A DNA stretch of 64,000 nt from Candidatus Latescibacterota bacterium (GCA_965261395.1 OZ253462.1:5408001-5472000); one strand, 5' to 3'. Positions 28,736-39,171 are shown, counted from the first letter of the stretch. Numbers and translations are program-made. The notes: generated from the sequence alone by a model not told the origin.

Positions 28736-30817
28736 TTAGTAGGCCACGGCAATGGGCACAGTCGTGGCAAACCGACCCCGGCCGCTGTCGATGGCGACTT
28801 GACACAAGTACAAGCCCGGTGCTAACAAGCGGCCGCCCTCGTCGCGGACGTCCCATTCTATAGGCGGGTTGGTACCCGCTTTCTGATCCGTCGCCAGCAG
28901 GCGGCGCACCGGCGCGCCCGCTAGGGTGTAGAAAGCTACCTCCACCTCGGCGTTGAGCACCCCAAAGAGCGCATAGCGAATGTGCAGACGGTCGTTGTTG
29001 CCATCGCCATTCGGCGTCAGAATCCGGGGCTGGATGTGCAGGTCGCCTATGGATTGAGCAATGTCGCTCGTGGCCACGATCTGGAGCTGATCCGTGTGGA
29101 TGCGGTCGGTGGCATTGCCCGCCTTGACGAACTGGCGTGCATGGCTTGCCGCGCGGTTAAAAACCGCCCCTTGTAGCTGCGCGGAGATCGTATAGAGTGC
29201 GGTGCGCAAGCCAATGTGCAGTTCCGCATCCGTTGCAATCGGCTGGGGCAAATGCAGGGTCAGGCCGGTCTCATCGAACACGACGGCGTCGCGCTCCAGC
29301 GCGATGGTCTCTGGGGGGCTGCCGATGGCCAAGCCCAAAAACTCCGGTTGCGAAGGGGTCTGGACGCGCACGGCGTCAAAGCCTGCACCGGACCGGTCGC
29401 CAAACTCGGCGCGAATGGCGTAGGTCAGGTCAACCGGCGCGCCAATGGGCACTTCTGTCAGCGAAGCCGCGAGGGAATCATCGACCACGCCGACCTCGCC
29501 GACGAGGTCGGGCACGAGCAGGGGCAGCAGCTCTAGGCGCAGCGAATCGAGCCGCGCGACATCGGTTGGCCGGCGCGATGTCATTTCGACTAGCACCTGA
29601 AAGTAGCGACCGTGGTCGAGGCTGAGTGGCGCTCCCGGCGCGCGAACCGGACTCGACCACGGAGTCCACCGCTCGCGGTCTTCGGCCAAAGGGCCTTGCC
29701 AGCCGACGAAGACCGGGTCGTAAGGCCCTTGGCGTTTCTTGAGGGTCCGCCAAGTGGCGAAGTCCACTTCGTCTAGTTCGCCTTGGTCGTTGTATGTAAA
29801 AAACAGGCGCGGATCGTCCGTGCTGCCAGTCTTGATGCGCACCCGCACCTCGGCGTCGGCGTCTGGAGCTGCGACGAGCGCACCCTCTTGCCAGCGCTGA
29901 TTTGCGCCCCATTGCCCCCCCTGCCGACGCCACTTGCTGACGGCCATCGACACTTGGCCCAAGATGGCCGGCTGCCCCAGATCCACGACCTTGGACTCGT
30001 AGCGGGACTCCGCGGCAAAACCCCGGCCGTATAGCTCAAACTCAGCATAGGCCAGCTTGGCAATGGTCAGCACGCCTTCGGCTTGGTCGAAAAAGGGGCC
30101 TTGGCCGTTGTCGGGGAAACTCCGCCAGCGCACGTAGCGGAAGTACTGCAAGGGAAAGGTGATCTCAATAGGCGCGACGAGGTTGCCCTCTATGCGGCCG
30201 AGGACCTTGTCCAAGGGGACGTAGCGAGTATTGTAGGTGAACTGGCCTTTGTCCTCCGTGGGGATTTGCTCGCCGAGCAAGCTGGCGGAAAGCTCGCCCT
30301 GCCGCGGCACGTAATTTTCCCAAGGTTCACCAAATAGATCCGTGGCCTCGGATGGAGGCAAGCGGAGGACAAATCGCTCTAGCGGCAGCGGCGCGCCTGG
30401 GTCAATGGTGTAGAATTCGTTGGAGGTTTTATTGCCGCCGGGGCCGAAATTGGTCACCCACTGGAAGGTGTTGATATCGCCGTCAACATAGCGTAAAAAG
30501 GGCATCATCACTCCGGGATGCCCCAAGTTGCCCAAGCCCCGCCACAACCGGGGCATGCCATTGACCCACAGTGGATTGGGCGGGTCGCGCCAGCGTTCAA
30601 AGGGGAACTGGGTAAAGATGCTGGGCAAAATATTGACGTCCGGCCGCAATTCCCGCGGCTGCAATGCACCCGGTACGCAGGCATCGTCGGCGAGGACTTT
30701 GAGTTGCGCCCATTCTTCCCAAGATTGACCACCCTGCCCACCAAAAGCCCACTCCTGTCCCCGCGCTGGAATCGACCCCACCAGCAAGGACAAGAGTACT
30801 ATACCCAGAAGCTGCAT
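28736..30817 (-). CDS. Secreted protein with FlgD/CHU_C-like C-terminal domain (same family)
   Basis: Signal peptide. AEFELYGRGF. LTPNGDGNND. WDVRD...PGLY. Ends AVAY. Confidence 0.8.
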   Translation of the reverse strand: MQLLGIVLLSLLVGSIPARGQEWAFGGQGGQSWEEWAQLKVLADDACVPGALQPRELRPDVNILPSIFTQFPFERWRDPPNPLWVNGMPRLWRGLGNLGHPGVMMPFLRYVDGDINTFQWVTNFGPGGNKTSNEFYTIDPGAPLPLERFVLRLPPSEATDLFGEPWENYVPRQGELSASLLGEQIPTEDKGQFTYNTRYVPLDKVLGRIEGNLVAPIEITFPLQYFRYVRWRSFPDNGQGPFFDQAEGVLTIAKLAYAEFELYGRGFAAESRYESKVVDLGQPAILGQVSMAVSKWRRQGGQWGANQRWQEGALVAAPDADAEVRVRIKTGSTDDPRLFFTYNDQGELDEVDFATWRTLKKRQGPYDPVFVGWQGPLAEDRERWTPWSSPVRAPGAPLSLDHGRYFQVLVEMTSRRPTDVARLDSLRLELLPLLVPDLVGEVGVVDDSLAASLTEVPIGAPVDLTYAIRAEFGDRSGAGFDAVRVQTPSQPEFLGLAIGSPPETIALERDAVVFDETGLTLHLPQPIATDAELHIGLRTALYTISAQLQGAVFNRAASHARQFVKAGNATDRIHTDQLQIVATSDIAQSIGDLHIQPRILTPNGDGNNDRLHIRYALFGVLNAEVEVAFYTLAGAPVRRLLATDQKAGTNPPIEWDVRDEGGRLLAPGLYLCQVAIDSGRGRFATTVPIAVAY

Positions 30818-30832
30818 GGCATTCGACCTTGG

Positions 30833-32758
30833 TTAATAGACGACTGCAATCGCGCGCGTATGGGCGAAGTCCTGCACATTGCCTTCCACCGCAACCCGGA
30901 GCAAATAGATGCCGACCGGGACGACTTGCCCCGCATGATCCCGGCCATCCCACCTTTCGCTGTACACCCCTCGGCCGCGGACCGCGCTAACGGCGTACAC
31001 GCGCTGGCCCGCGAGGGAAAAAATCTCTACCCGGTGGGGCAGTTGCTCGAGAATTTGGAGGACGTCGTAGCGGATTTCGACCTCGTCGTTAATGCCGTCG
31101 CCGTTGGGTGAGACCACCGATGGATAGACCGCTAGAAAGGGCAGGATGGTGCTCCGCGACTCCGCCGAGGTCAGGACTTGGAGCTTGTCGGTGGTCACCT
31201 GCTGGCTGGCGTTGTCCGGTAGCACCGGCTGGGGGAGTTCCTCGCTCTCGGTATCGAAGACCTCGCCGTGAAAAAAGGTCGATTGCACCAATAGCTGGGC
31301 ATTGAAGACCACCCGCAGCGAGGTCGTGGAGTCAACCCGATGCCCAGGAAAAAACAGCGTCAGGGCCTTTGCTTCTTCCCGCACGCTATCTGGGACCACA
31401 GTGGTCAAGGCGTCTTCGCTGGGGCCAATGAAAAGCTCGGTGAACTGCGGCTGCGTCGGAGTCGAAATCCGCAAGGCGTCAAACCCCACATCCCCACCAG
31501 TGACCGCGGCGCGCACGTCGTAGACAAAGGGCGAGGGAACCCCTACGGGTACGACGGCAAAACCGCTGCTGGGGTCGGGGTCACCCAACAGGGATATTTC
31601 GCCCACCAAGCCCTGCGCGAGGGGAGCGGCGATTTCGATCCCGAGGTCCTCGACGCGGATCCCATCGAGGATCGACCTGCTCTCCATGACGACCCGGAAC
31701 TGCACGTAACGTCGCGGGCTGGGCAGGACAACCTTGTGCCCCGATTCAGTAAATGGGGCCGACCAGCGGCTCCAATTGATCTGGTCGTCCTCAAAGCCGG
31801 CTTGATCGTCTTTGGATAGCGCGTTGTACTCTTCCTCGGTGACGGGTGTCTGTTCATCGAGGTAGCGATTGGTGACCTCGTAGAAGGTCAACGGGGTGTC
31901 GTCCAGCCCAGACCGCATCTGAATGGTTGCCGAGGCCATGGCCGCGGGTTCTTCCACCAAGCTATCGCCGACGACGCGGACTTTTGCAGCGCCGAAGTTC
32001 AGGGTCCCGAAATTGACGGGCGCGCCCAAGTCGATGACCTCAGAGCGATATTCGCCCCGGGGCACGAAGCCTTCGCCGTAGAGTTCGATTTCGGCGATCT
32101 CAAAGGGATTGGTGGCCGTGATACGCAGTAGGATATAGCGAACGAAATCGAGTTCAAACTCGACGACCGAAACGCTGTCGCGGGAGAATTCCACTCTCTT
32201 TATGGGGTCACCGTAGATCGGCTGCCCGTCAGTGCCAAAGCTCAGGCCGTCGTTGACATAGAGTTCGTAGCCGCGGATATAGTCTGACCACAGCGGCTTG
32301 CCGCTGGAATCTAAGCCCGTGAGCCTTGGGTAAAAGACGATCCGGTTCAGGGGAAAGCGGCTGCCCAAATCGAGGAAGAAGCGCTTGCCGGCTTGGCTGG
32401 AGCCAAAGACCTTGAAGCGATCTTCAGTAGAAGTATTGGGGTCGCCATCGACGATGGGGAGATCCGATTTTTTGAGTGGGTAATTGTTCCAGATGCGGGC
32501 ATTGGAGCGGATGATGTCGAAGCCATCGCGCGGGATGCCATCGACCCAAGAGAGCGTGGAGGTGATGTTTTCCCCCGGCCGAAAGCCAGCGATCTGGATG
32601 GCGTTGGGCACATCGAAATCAATGGCCGTAGAAGCCTCTGCCACGGATTTCCAGTTCCGCCCGCCGTCGTTTATTTGCCACAGCGTCACCTCAGCGCGGG
32701 CCGCGCTCCCAAGGCTCAGCATCAGAACTGGCAGGCAGATTAAATGGCGTAGTCGCAT
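30833..32758 (-). CDS. Secreted protein with FlgD/CHU_C-like C-terminal domain (same family)
   Basis: Signal peptide from MRLRHL. AEIELYGEGF. PSPRRYVQ. SPNGDGIND. WDGRD. Ends AVVY. Confidence 0.8.
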   Translation of the reverse strand: MRLRHLICLPVLMLSLGSAARAEVTLWQINDGGRNWKSVAEASTAIDFDVPNAIQIAGFRPGENITSTLSWVDGIPRDGFDIIRSNARIWNNYPLKKSDLPIVDGDPNTSTEDRFKVFGSSQAGKRFFLDLGSRFPLNRIVFYPRLTGLDSSGKPLWSDYIRGYELYVNDGLSFGTDGQPIYGDPIKRVEFSRDSVSVVEFELDFVRYILLRITATNPFEIAEIELYGEGFVPRGEYRSEVIDLGAPVNFGTLNFGAAKVRVVGDSLVEEPAAMASATIQMRSGLDDTPLTFYEVTNRYLDEQTPVTEEEYNALSKDDQAGFEDDQINWSRWSAPFTESGHKVVLPSPRRYVQFRVVMESRSILDGIRVEDLGIEIAAPLAQGLVGEISLLGDPDPSSGFAVVPVGVPSPFVYDVRAAVTGGDVGFDALRISTPTQPQFTELFIGPSEDALTTVVPDSVREEAKALTLFFPGHRVDSTTSLRVVFNAQLLVQSTFFHGEVFDTESEELPQPVLPDNASQQVTTDKLQVLTSAESRSTILPFLAVYPSVVSPNGDGINDEVEIRYDVLQILEQLPHRVEIFSLAGQRVYAVSAVRGRGVYSERWDGRDHAGQVVPVGIYLLRVAVEGNVQDFAHTRAIAVVY

Positions 32759-32846
32759 TATCTTTTGCTTGGGCGCTGGGCCTTCGGCCGGTAAATTTGC
32801 CAAAAGCCACCACCCCAAACGACGAGGATGCCCGCCGCCGACCACC

Positions 32847-34163
32847 ATGGACCATTGCAAACGAGATAATCGCCTCGGCCGGTATGCTGCTTTTGGGTTG
32901 CCGCTAGGGGCTGTGCTCTGCCTTGGACTTTTGTCGTTCGATTCAGACATCTATGGCCACATTCGGTTGCGCTGGAGTTTGTGGGGAGCCGGTTTGCTGC
33001 TCCTCGTCTGGCAGGGATGGCTTTGCGCCGCCGGACGCAAGCCGACGATAGGTCTGCGCGTTGTTAAGGCCCACTACGTACAAGCGCTGATCCAGCTTTG
33101 CATCTACTTGTACTGGGGTTGGTACTGGCCGCCGGTCTATGAGATGGCCCAGTTGATTGCAGCGCAGATCGCATTTGCCTACGGCTTTGATGCGTTGCTC
33201 TGCTGGTCGAGAAGGCAAGAGTGGCACCTAGGCTTTCGCCCCTTCCCCATCGTGTTGAGCATGAACTTGTTCATATGGTTCAAATTCGACTGGTTCGCAT
33301 TGCAGTTTCTGATGGTGGCCACAAGCCTCGTGGGCAAGGAGTTTTTTACCTGGTGCAGGAACGGACGCTCGACGCATATATTCAACCCCTCTGGCTTTGC
33401 GCTCACCGCCTTTTCCATCGCCTTGCTAGCCACTGGCAACACCGATCTTACCTGCGGTGAGGCAATCGCCAAAACCCTAGCCGAACCCGAGTACATCTAC
33501 GTCGTGGTGTTCGCGCTCGGGCTAGTGGTCCAATGCCTCTTTTCGGTCGTGCTAATGACCTTGGCCGCGGTGGTCGCCCTGTATGTATTAAGCTCTACCT
33601 ATGGTGCCTTTTTTGGCTTTTCGTACTTCGCGGACACCAGCATTCCCATTGGAATTTTCATCGGGCTGCACCTGCTGATGACCGATCCGGCGACTTCACC
33701 CAAGTCGGGTTTGGGGCGGTTGATCTTCGGCGCACTGTACGGCACCTGCGCCTTCGCGCTATACGGACTGCTTGGTTGGCTGGAGCAGCCGACGTTTTAC
33801 GACAAGCTCCTCTGCCTACCCTTGCTCAACTTGGCGGTTCGCGCTTTCGACCGCTGCCGCTTGCCTGCGATAGAACGTTTGCGGCGCGCCCTGAGAACCA
33901 ACGCAGTTCAGATCGGCGCGTGGACGGTGTTTTTCTTGTTTTTGCACTCGACGAGTTTCATCGGCAAAAAAAACCAAGAGGGGCTGGCGTTCTGGCGCGG
34001 GGCCGTGGCGCATGGCGTTTCCGCGCTCGCAGACGCCTTGAGCCCAAGCGGCGACGAAGCGCTTAGGGCGCAGAGCGAATACCGAAGACAACTCGGCGCG
34101 ACGAACCTCTTGGCGCAAACAAAGCGGCCCGCAACACATTGCGGTTGCGGGCCGGAGGACTAA
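32847..34163 (+). CDS. UnbU-like / RnfD-NqrB-related membrane protein
   Basis: Polytopic. HIFNPS and MTDPATSP motifs. Start position uncertain. Confidence 0.65.
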   Translation: MDHCKRDNRLGRYAAFGLPLGAVLCLGLLSFDSDIYGHIRLRWSLWGAGLLLLVWQGWLCAAGRKPTIGLRVVKAHYVQALIQLCIYLYWGWYWPPVYEMAQLIAAQIAFAYGFDALLCWSRRQEWHLGFRPFPIVLSMNLFIWFKFDWFALQFLMVATSLVGKEFFTWCRNGRSTHIFNPSGFALTAFSIALLATGNTDLTCGEAIAKTLAEPEYIYVVVFALGLVVQCLFSVVLMTLAAVVALYVLSSTYGAFFGFSYFADTSIPIGIFIGLHLLMTDPATSPKSGLGRLIFGALYGTCAFALYGLLGWLEQPTFYDKLLCLPLLNLAVRAFDRCRLPAIERLRRALRTNAVQIGAWTVFFLFLHSTSFIGKKNQEGLAFWRGAVAHGVSALADALSPSGDEALRAQSEYRRQLGATNLLAQTKRPATHCGCGPED

Positions 34164-34199
34164 GCGGTCTGCTCATCGACCGTCCTATCTGTGCTGGCT

Positions 34200-35105
34200 T
34201 CAGCGGTTGATGTGGCTCTTGATTCTTCCCCAAGTAGTATGTTCCACAGCGGTAGCGCTGCCCTCTTCCCAACTGACGTAGGGATCGGCCATGTCCGTGG
34301 GCACCAGCAAATAGTCTGGGCAATGGTCGCCTTCGCGGTCGCACTCGTAGCTGCCGCCAACCTGCCCCCACAAATCCTGCTCGCCATTGGCTTCGCGGTC
34401 GCCGTCGTCAAAGCGGGCGTTGAAGTGGATGACCTGCTCGGGCTCCAAAACGTGCGGCGTGCTGGTTTGCGGGCCTTCAACTCCGTAGATGTCCCAGAGG
34501 TGAGTCCGCACCTCAAAGGTGTACTCGACGTTGGTCGCCCACGTAACCGAACCGGCCGGCAGGATGGTCGAAGCAGCGAAGGTGTACGGCTCTTCGCCTC
34601 CCCAGTTCACAGGCCCCTGTTCCGCGTCAAACGGGGGTGCTTCGCCCCCGCCGCCTAGCGGATGAAAACCAAGGCGATAGCCGTTGATGAACTCGGATAG
34701 ATAATTACCCGAAGCGTGATCGGCGTCGATCTGGAGCTGCAAGTAATCGTCGTTCCACCAATTCCCCTTTTCCTCTAGGGCACGCAGCGTGTCGTCTTGA
34801 GCGCGGGCGAAGAAGTACAGGGCATTGTCCGGCGGCGGACTCCAAGCGACGAAGAAGCTAACGCTGAAGTCTTCTGGATTGGGGTTCGGGCCTTGGTCCA
34901 GATGCTCGCCGAGCAAGGACTCAATCTGTTCGGGCTTGACGCCAAAGGAATCGGTGTCGTACCAACCCCAATCGTCTTCCTCGCCATCGAGGACAAAGGT
35001 GGTCGGATCGGGCCAAGCGGGAATGAAGTTGGTCATGCCGTTGTGGGCAACGATCGGGCTGACCATAACAAATGCCAACATCAGACCGAGGAGGGTGCGT
35101 AGCAT
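34200..35105 (-). CDS. Secreted CBM9-like protein with C-terminal TAVE..TWGRIK motif
   Basis: Signal peptide. LDGEEDDW...DDYLQLQIDAD resembles CBM9/DOMON-like folds. Ends ATAVEHTTWGRIKSHINR. Confidence 0.65.
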   Translation of the reverse strand: MLRTLLGLMLAFVMVSPIVAHNGMTNFIPAWPDPTTFVLDGEEDDWGWYDTDSFGVKPEQIESLLGEHLDQGPNPNPEDFSVSFFVAWSPPPDNALYFFARAQDDTLRALEEKGNWWNDDYLQLQIDADHASGNYLSEFINGYRLGFHPLGGGGEAPPFDAEQGPVNWGGEEPYTFAASTILPAGSVTWATNVEYTFEVRTHLWDIYGVEGPQTSTPHVLEPEQVIHFNARFDDGDREANGEQDLWGQVGGSYECDREGDHCPDYLLVPTDMADPYVSWEEGSATAVEHTTWGRIKSHINR

Positions 35106-35356
35106 CGTGATCTCCTTTATTGTGGTAGTGGAAAGAGATGGTCAACTGTTGAATTTTACATCGCGGGCGATTGCAATTCAACGCGCTACTAATTGCTGCG
35201 GCCTCCTTTTTTGGGGGTGGGGATTCTACTTGCTAACTTCGTCTTTAACTTTAGTCACGCCTTGTATCACGCCGCATTTTTCATTAAGTACGGATGTCGT
35301 AGCCTTTTGTCAACATTTATTTGTTCGTGCTACATCAATAGAAAAGAGAGGCGGCT

Positions 35357-36589
35357 GTGGACAAGATCAGACTGGCATTGGTCGGCTGCGGGGGCATGGG
35401 AACGCGGCATCTATACGGCCTAGGAGAACTCGCCAAAACCCCGTTTGACAATGTAGACCTCGTCGCCGTATGCGACATCCGGCGCGACAACGCCGAGCTG
35501 GCGGCCGCAGAAGCCGAAAAGCTCGTGGGCCAGCGGCCCGCCGTGTTCACCGACCTCGAAACCATGCACCGCGAAGTCGCCGACCTCATGGCCGTGGATG
35601 TGGTGGTGGACCCGTCGGTACATCACGCCGTGGTCTGCCAAGCGCTCGATCAGGGGCTGCACGTGATGGTGGAAAAGCCCATGGCCATTACCATCAAGGG
35701 CTGTCAGCAGATGATCGACGCCGCCAAGCGCAACAAGCGCATCCTATCGGTGGCGGAAAATTACCGCCGCGACCCCTCATCGCGGCTGGTGCATCACCTG
35801 CTGGAACAAGGGGCCATTGGCCGCCCCTACATGGCCATCTTCCACTCGCTGGCCCCGCACCGCGAAGTGTTTATCACACCTTGGCGGCACATGAAGGATC
35901 GGGGTGGGCTACTGCTGGATCTGGGCGTCCATTTCACCGACATGATTCGCTACCAACTCGGGGACATCAAGGAAGCCTACGGGGCCGTCGAGCTAGCCTC
36001 GCCCGTGCGCCACAAGCCCGAGGCCGTCAACTCGCCCTATGAGTTTTACCAAACCCGCTTCGCCGAAATGGAGCAGCAAGTCCACGCCACGGCCGAAGAC
36101 ACCTCTATGGCGATGTTTAGGATGGAAAGCGGCATCGCGGTCAACTGGGTGGTGGGCCTGGGGGGATACGGCTCTTGCGGTGGTGAGATCATCTTCGGAT
36201 CCGAGGGCGTGATGCAGGGGTTTGGCACGCGCGGCGCTAGGGCGTGCTTACAAAGGGCCGACGGCACAACGCTCGACCACGCCGCGCTCGTGGCTGGCGC
36301 AGAGGAGTTCGCCCTAGAGCCACTGGCTGAGCACTTTTTCCCCGCGCGGGTCGCCGACCAAGACATCGACTGGAAACTATTGGCGCTAGAGTACTTTGAA
36401 CTGGCCGAGGCCATTCTCAACGGACGGGAAATCGAGGTGGACGGGACAGAGGGCCTAAAAGACGTGGCCGCGGTGTACGCAGTTTTCGAGTCGAGCCGGC
36501 TGGGCCGGACGGTGCAGCTAAGCGAGGTGGAAAGCGGGGCTGTCTATGAGTACCAAGCCGAAATCGACGCGGCACTGGGCATAGGCTAA
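35357..36589 (+). CDS. Gfo/Idh/MocA family oxidoreductase
   Basis: LVGCGGMG, HVMVEKP, GGLLLDLGVHFTD. Confidence 0.9.
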   Translation: MDKIRLALVGCGGMGTRHLYGLGELAKTPFDNVDLVAVCDIRRDNAELAAAEAEKLVGQRPAVFTDLETMHREVADLMAVDVVVDPSVHHAVVCQALDQGLHVMVEKPMAITIKGCQQMIDAAKRNKRILSVAENYRRDPSSRLVHHLLEQGAIGRPYMAIFHSLAPHREVFITPWRHMKDRGGLLLDLGVHFTDMIRYQLGDIKEAYGAVELASPVRHKPEAVNSPYEFYQTRFAEMEQQVHATAEDTSMAMFRMESGIAVNWVVGLGGYGSCGGEIIFGSEGVMQGFGTRGARACLQRADGTTLDHAALVAGAEEFALEPLAEHFFPARVADQDIDWKLLALEYFELAEAILNGREIEVDGTEGLKDVAAVYAVFESSRLGRTVQLSEVESGAVYEYQAEIDAALGIG

Positions 36590-36601
36590 CAGGAGGCCGA
36601 C

Positions 36602-36744
36602 ATGAACAAACTCACCGACAAGGTCGCGCTAGTGACCGGTGCCGGCCACAGGACTGCGCCAAGGTCGTGGAATTTTTGGCGACCGACCTCTCGGATTACG
36701 TGACCGGCCAGTGCATTTCCGTCTGCGGCGGGATCGCGATTTGA
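36602..36744 (+). pseudogene. SDR oxidoreductase remnant with a large internal deletion
   Basis: AGGAGG RBS, then MNKLTDKVALVTGAGH, joined out of frame to DCAKVVEFLATDLSDYVTGQCISVCGGIAI*. Confidence 0.8.
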
Positions 36745-36763
36745 CGCGGGGCCTAGTCTATCA

Positions 36764-37927
36764 CTACTCGGCCTGTAGACGTTCCTTAACCTCGTCAAAG
36801 AACGTCTTAAAGGAGCCTGTGGGAGCGTGTTCCCAACGATCGAAGGTAGCTTGCAGGGCTTCTAGCCAATGCTCTTGTGGCAGGCTTTGCACCGCTAAGC
36901 AAACGTAATAGGCATCGGTCAACGCCAAACCCCGCCGTCCATCCACGAGGGCTTGCTCCATGCGCTCGATCCATGGAGCCATCGCAGGCAAGGCTTCGAC
37001 GCACTTTGCCTTGTGCTGGACAAAGTTGGCCAAGTGCTTGACCAAGCTCCGGCTAACGTCGTGCCGCTTTGCTGCGCCGGATACGTCGCCAAGGTCCAGC
37101 TCTCCCCTGTGATACAATTCCAACAACTGCTGGGTGAGTGTGGGTTGCTTTACAGCAAGGGTCGATTGCCGGGCGCTGCGCAAGCCGCTGGTGAGGGCCG
37201 ACATATCGTGGCAGCAATTGAGCCAGCGCGTGCCTTTGGCGACCACGCGGCGCATGGACGCGCCCGGGCCGACGGCCGTGCCCATGGCCTTGCCGCTGGC
37301 GGCGCAAGCTGCACCCACGCGGTCGAAGGCCGCCAGCACGCGCTTGTGGTCTATGTGGGGGACGCCAGCGCGCTCGACTCCATAGCTGTGCGCCAAGTCG
37401 CTCGGCCCCACGAAGAGCAGGTCGATGCCGTCCACCGCGGCAATCGCTTCTACGACCTCCACGCCCTCGGCGTCTTCGATCATCACGCCGAGTAGGGTCT
37501 CGGCATCGGCCCCTTCCAAGTACTCGGCGGGGTCCAGCGTCCCGTAGTCCGAATCCCGGCCACAGCCCATGCCGCGCAAACCCAGCGGCCGGAACTTGGC
37601 CATCCGCACGAAGGCCCGCGCTTCGTCGGCGCTCTTGCAATGGGGCCAAACCAATCCCCCGGCCCCTAACTCCAGCGGCTTGATCACTTGGTTGTACGGC
37701 CCCTGGGGGATGCGGACCACCAAATCGACCCCCGTGGCCCGCGCCGCCAAAATCAGATGCGAAAGCGCGTCCAGCCCCAGATGGGAATGCTCCATGTCGA
37801 TCCAGACGCAGCCAAAGCCCGCTTGAGCCGCGAGCTCGACTACCACTGGGTCGAAGATCCGGTTGATTTCGACTACTTCTATAGTCGCCCCTCCAAGCAG
37901 GGCGGCCTTGGTCTGATTGATTTTCAC
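36764..37927 (-). CDS. HpcH/HpaI aldolase family protein with ~125-aa C-terminal extension
   Basis: WIDMEH, KFRPLGLRG, VMIED, FVGPSDL. Confidence 0.85.
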   Translation of the reverse strand: MKINQTKAALLGGATIEVVEINRIFDPVVVELAAQAGFGCVWIDMEHSHLGLDALSHLILAARATGVDLVVRIPQGPYNQVIKPLELGAGGLVWPHCKSADEARAFVRMAKFRPLGLRGMGCGRDSDYGTLDPAEYLEGADAETLLGVMIEDAEGVEVVEAIAAVDGIDLLFVGPSDLAHSYGVERAGVPHIDHKRVLAAFDRVGAACAASGKAMGTAVGPGASMRRVVAKGTRWLNCCHDMSALTSGLRSARQSTLAVKQPTLTQQLLELYHRGELDLGDVSGAAKRHDVSRSLVKHLANFVQHKAKCVEALPAMAPWIERMEQALVDGRRGLALTDAYYVCLAVQSLPQEHWLEALQATFDRWEHAPTGSFKTFFDEVKERLQAE

Positions 37928-39075
37928 GATGCCTCCTCAAATTGTGGCAACACGTCGCGGCCAAACCACTCGATGGTTTGCCGGATCGCCTCCGGTGGGA
38001 TACCTAGCGCCCCAGCACCAATAGTCACGCGCTCCAAGCCGGGCAATTGCGCTTGAATTTCGGCGATCCGTGCGGCCACGTATTCGGGCGGCCCGCAGAG
38101 CCAAGCGCCATCGCGCACCAAGTCGCGCACCGTCGGTAAGCCGGCCTGCGCCGCGGCCACCCCGTCGTACGTAGCCGCGATTTGCGCCTCCGTCAGCGTC
38201 GGCATCCGGCCCAAGGGGGCCAGTACCTTGAGCTGTTCCTCAAACCAAACCCCAGCCTCGCGGATCGCCTGCTCTTGGGTGTCGGCTAGGTGAACTTGTA
38301 GCACCAAGGCCAACCCTGCGCCCAATTCGGCGTCGCGGCCCGCATTGGCCAGCCCATCGCGCCAGCGCTCGGCGATTTCCACCGCCCGCCCACCGCCGGG
38401 CACCACGCCCTTGATTCCGTGCTGAATCATAAAGGCAATGCCGCGCGGGTTGGCGCTGAAGATCGGCTGCCAGCACTCGACCGGCCGATTGCGCGGCCGC
38501 GGCACTAAGGTGATCTCCTCGACCGTACCTCGGCGATGCGCGACCTTAGCCGGCAATTCGTAGTGCGGGCCGCGATGGGCAAACGACGGCTCGTTCCACG
38601 CTTTGAAGAGGATCTCGACTTGCTCCTCAAAGAGGGCGCGGTTGGCCGAATCGCCTTCGAGCGGCGCGCCCAAAGTGGCCAACTCGCGTCCGATGTAGCC
38701 GCGGCCAATGCCAAAGCGGAAGCGGCCCTCGGTGAGGATATCGGCGAGGGCAAAGTCCTCGGCCAGCCGCAGCGGATGCCAAGTCGGCACAGTGTTGAAC
38801 ATGCTGCCCAAGCAGAGCCGTTGCGTGTGCTGGGCCAAATAGACGGCCAGCATCGGGATGTTGGGGATGCCGCCGTAGCCTTCGCGCTGGAAGTGGTGCT
38901 CTGCCAACCACAGAGTATCGTAGCCGGCCGCGTCCATCAGTTGCGCCATGGCGCGGGCTTCGGCAAAGACCGAGGCGAGGTGCTCGTCCGTCTCGATCCG
39001 CTCATCCACCGACCGACCGGCAAATCCCAGATCGTCCATGGCGACGTGCCCGCCGTAAAAGTAGTCAAATTTCAC
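37924..39075 (-). CDS. LLM-class (luciferase-like) flavin-dependent oxidoreductase
   Basis: WLAEHHF, WHPLRLAED, GRFRFGIGRG. Confidence 0.9.
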   Translation of the reverse strand: MKFDYFYGGHVAMDDLGFAGRSVDERIETDEHLASVFAEARAMAQLMDAAGYDTLWLAEHHFQREGYGGIPNIPMLAVYLAQHTQRLCLGSMFNTVPTWHPLRLAEDFALADILTEGRFRFGIGRGYIGRELATLGAPLEGDSANRALFEEQVEILFKAWNEPSFAHRGPHYELPAKVAHRRGTVEEITLVPRPRNRPVECWQPIFSANPRGIAFMIQHGIKGVVPGGGRAVEIAERWRDGLANAGRDAELGAGLALVLQVHLADTQEQAIREAGVWFEEQLKVLAPLGRMPTLTEAQIAATYDGVAAAQAGLPTVRDLVRDGAWLCGPPEYVAARIAEIQAQLPGLERVTIGAGALGIPPEAIRQTIEWFGRDVLPQFEEAS

Positions 39076-39171
39076 GGGTTCTCCCCTCTTTCACCTACTC
39101 GCTTTCGCAGCGAGGTTTTTCTATATTGGCCCACCTGTCAACGCCCATTGTAAAACCACAGGAGACCTGTT

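Noticed and set aside
32484-32950. Long N-terminal extensions and overlap of the ORFs 32484(+) and 32950(-)
   Set aside because: Later starts (32847 and 32758) remove the overlap and give a proper signal peptide for the minus-strand gene.
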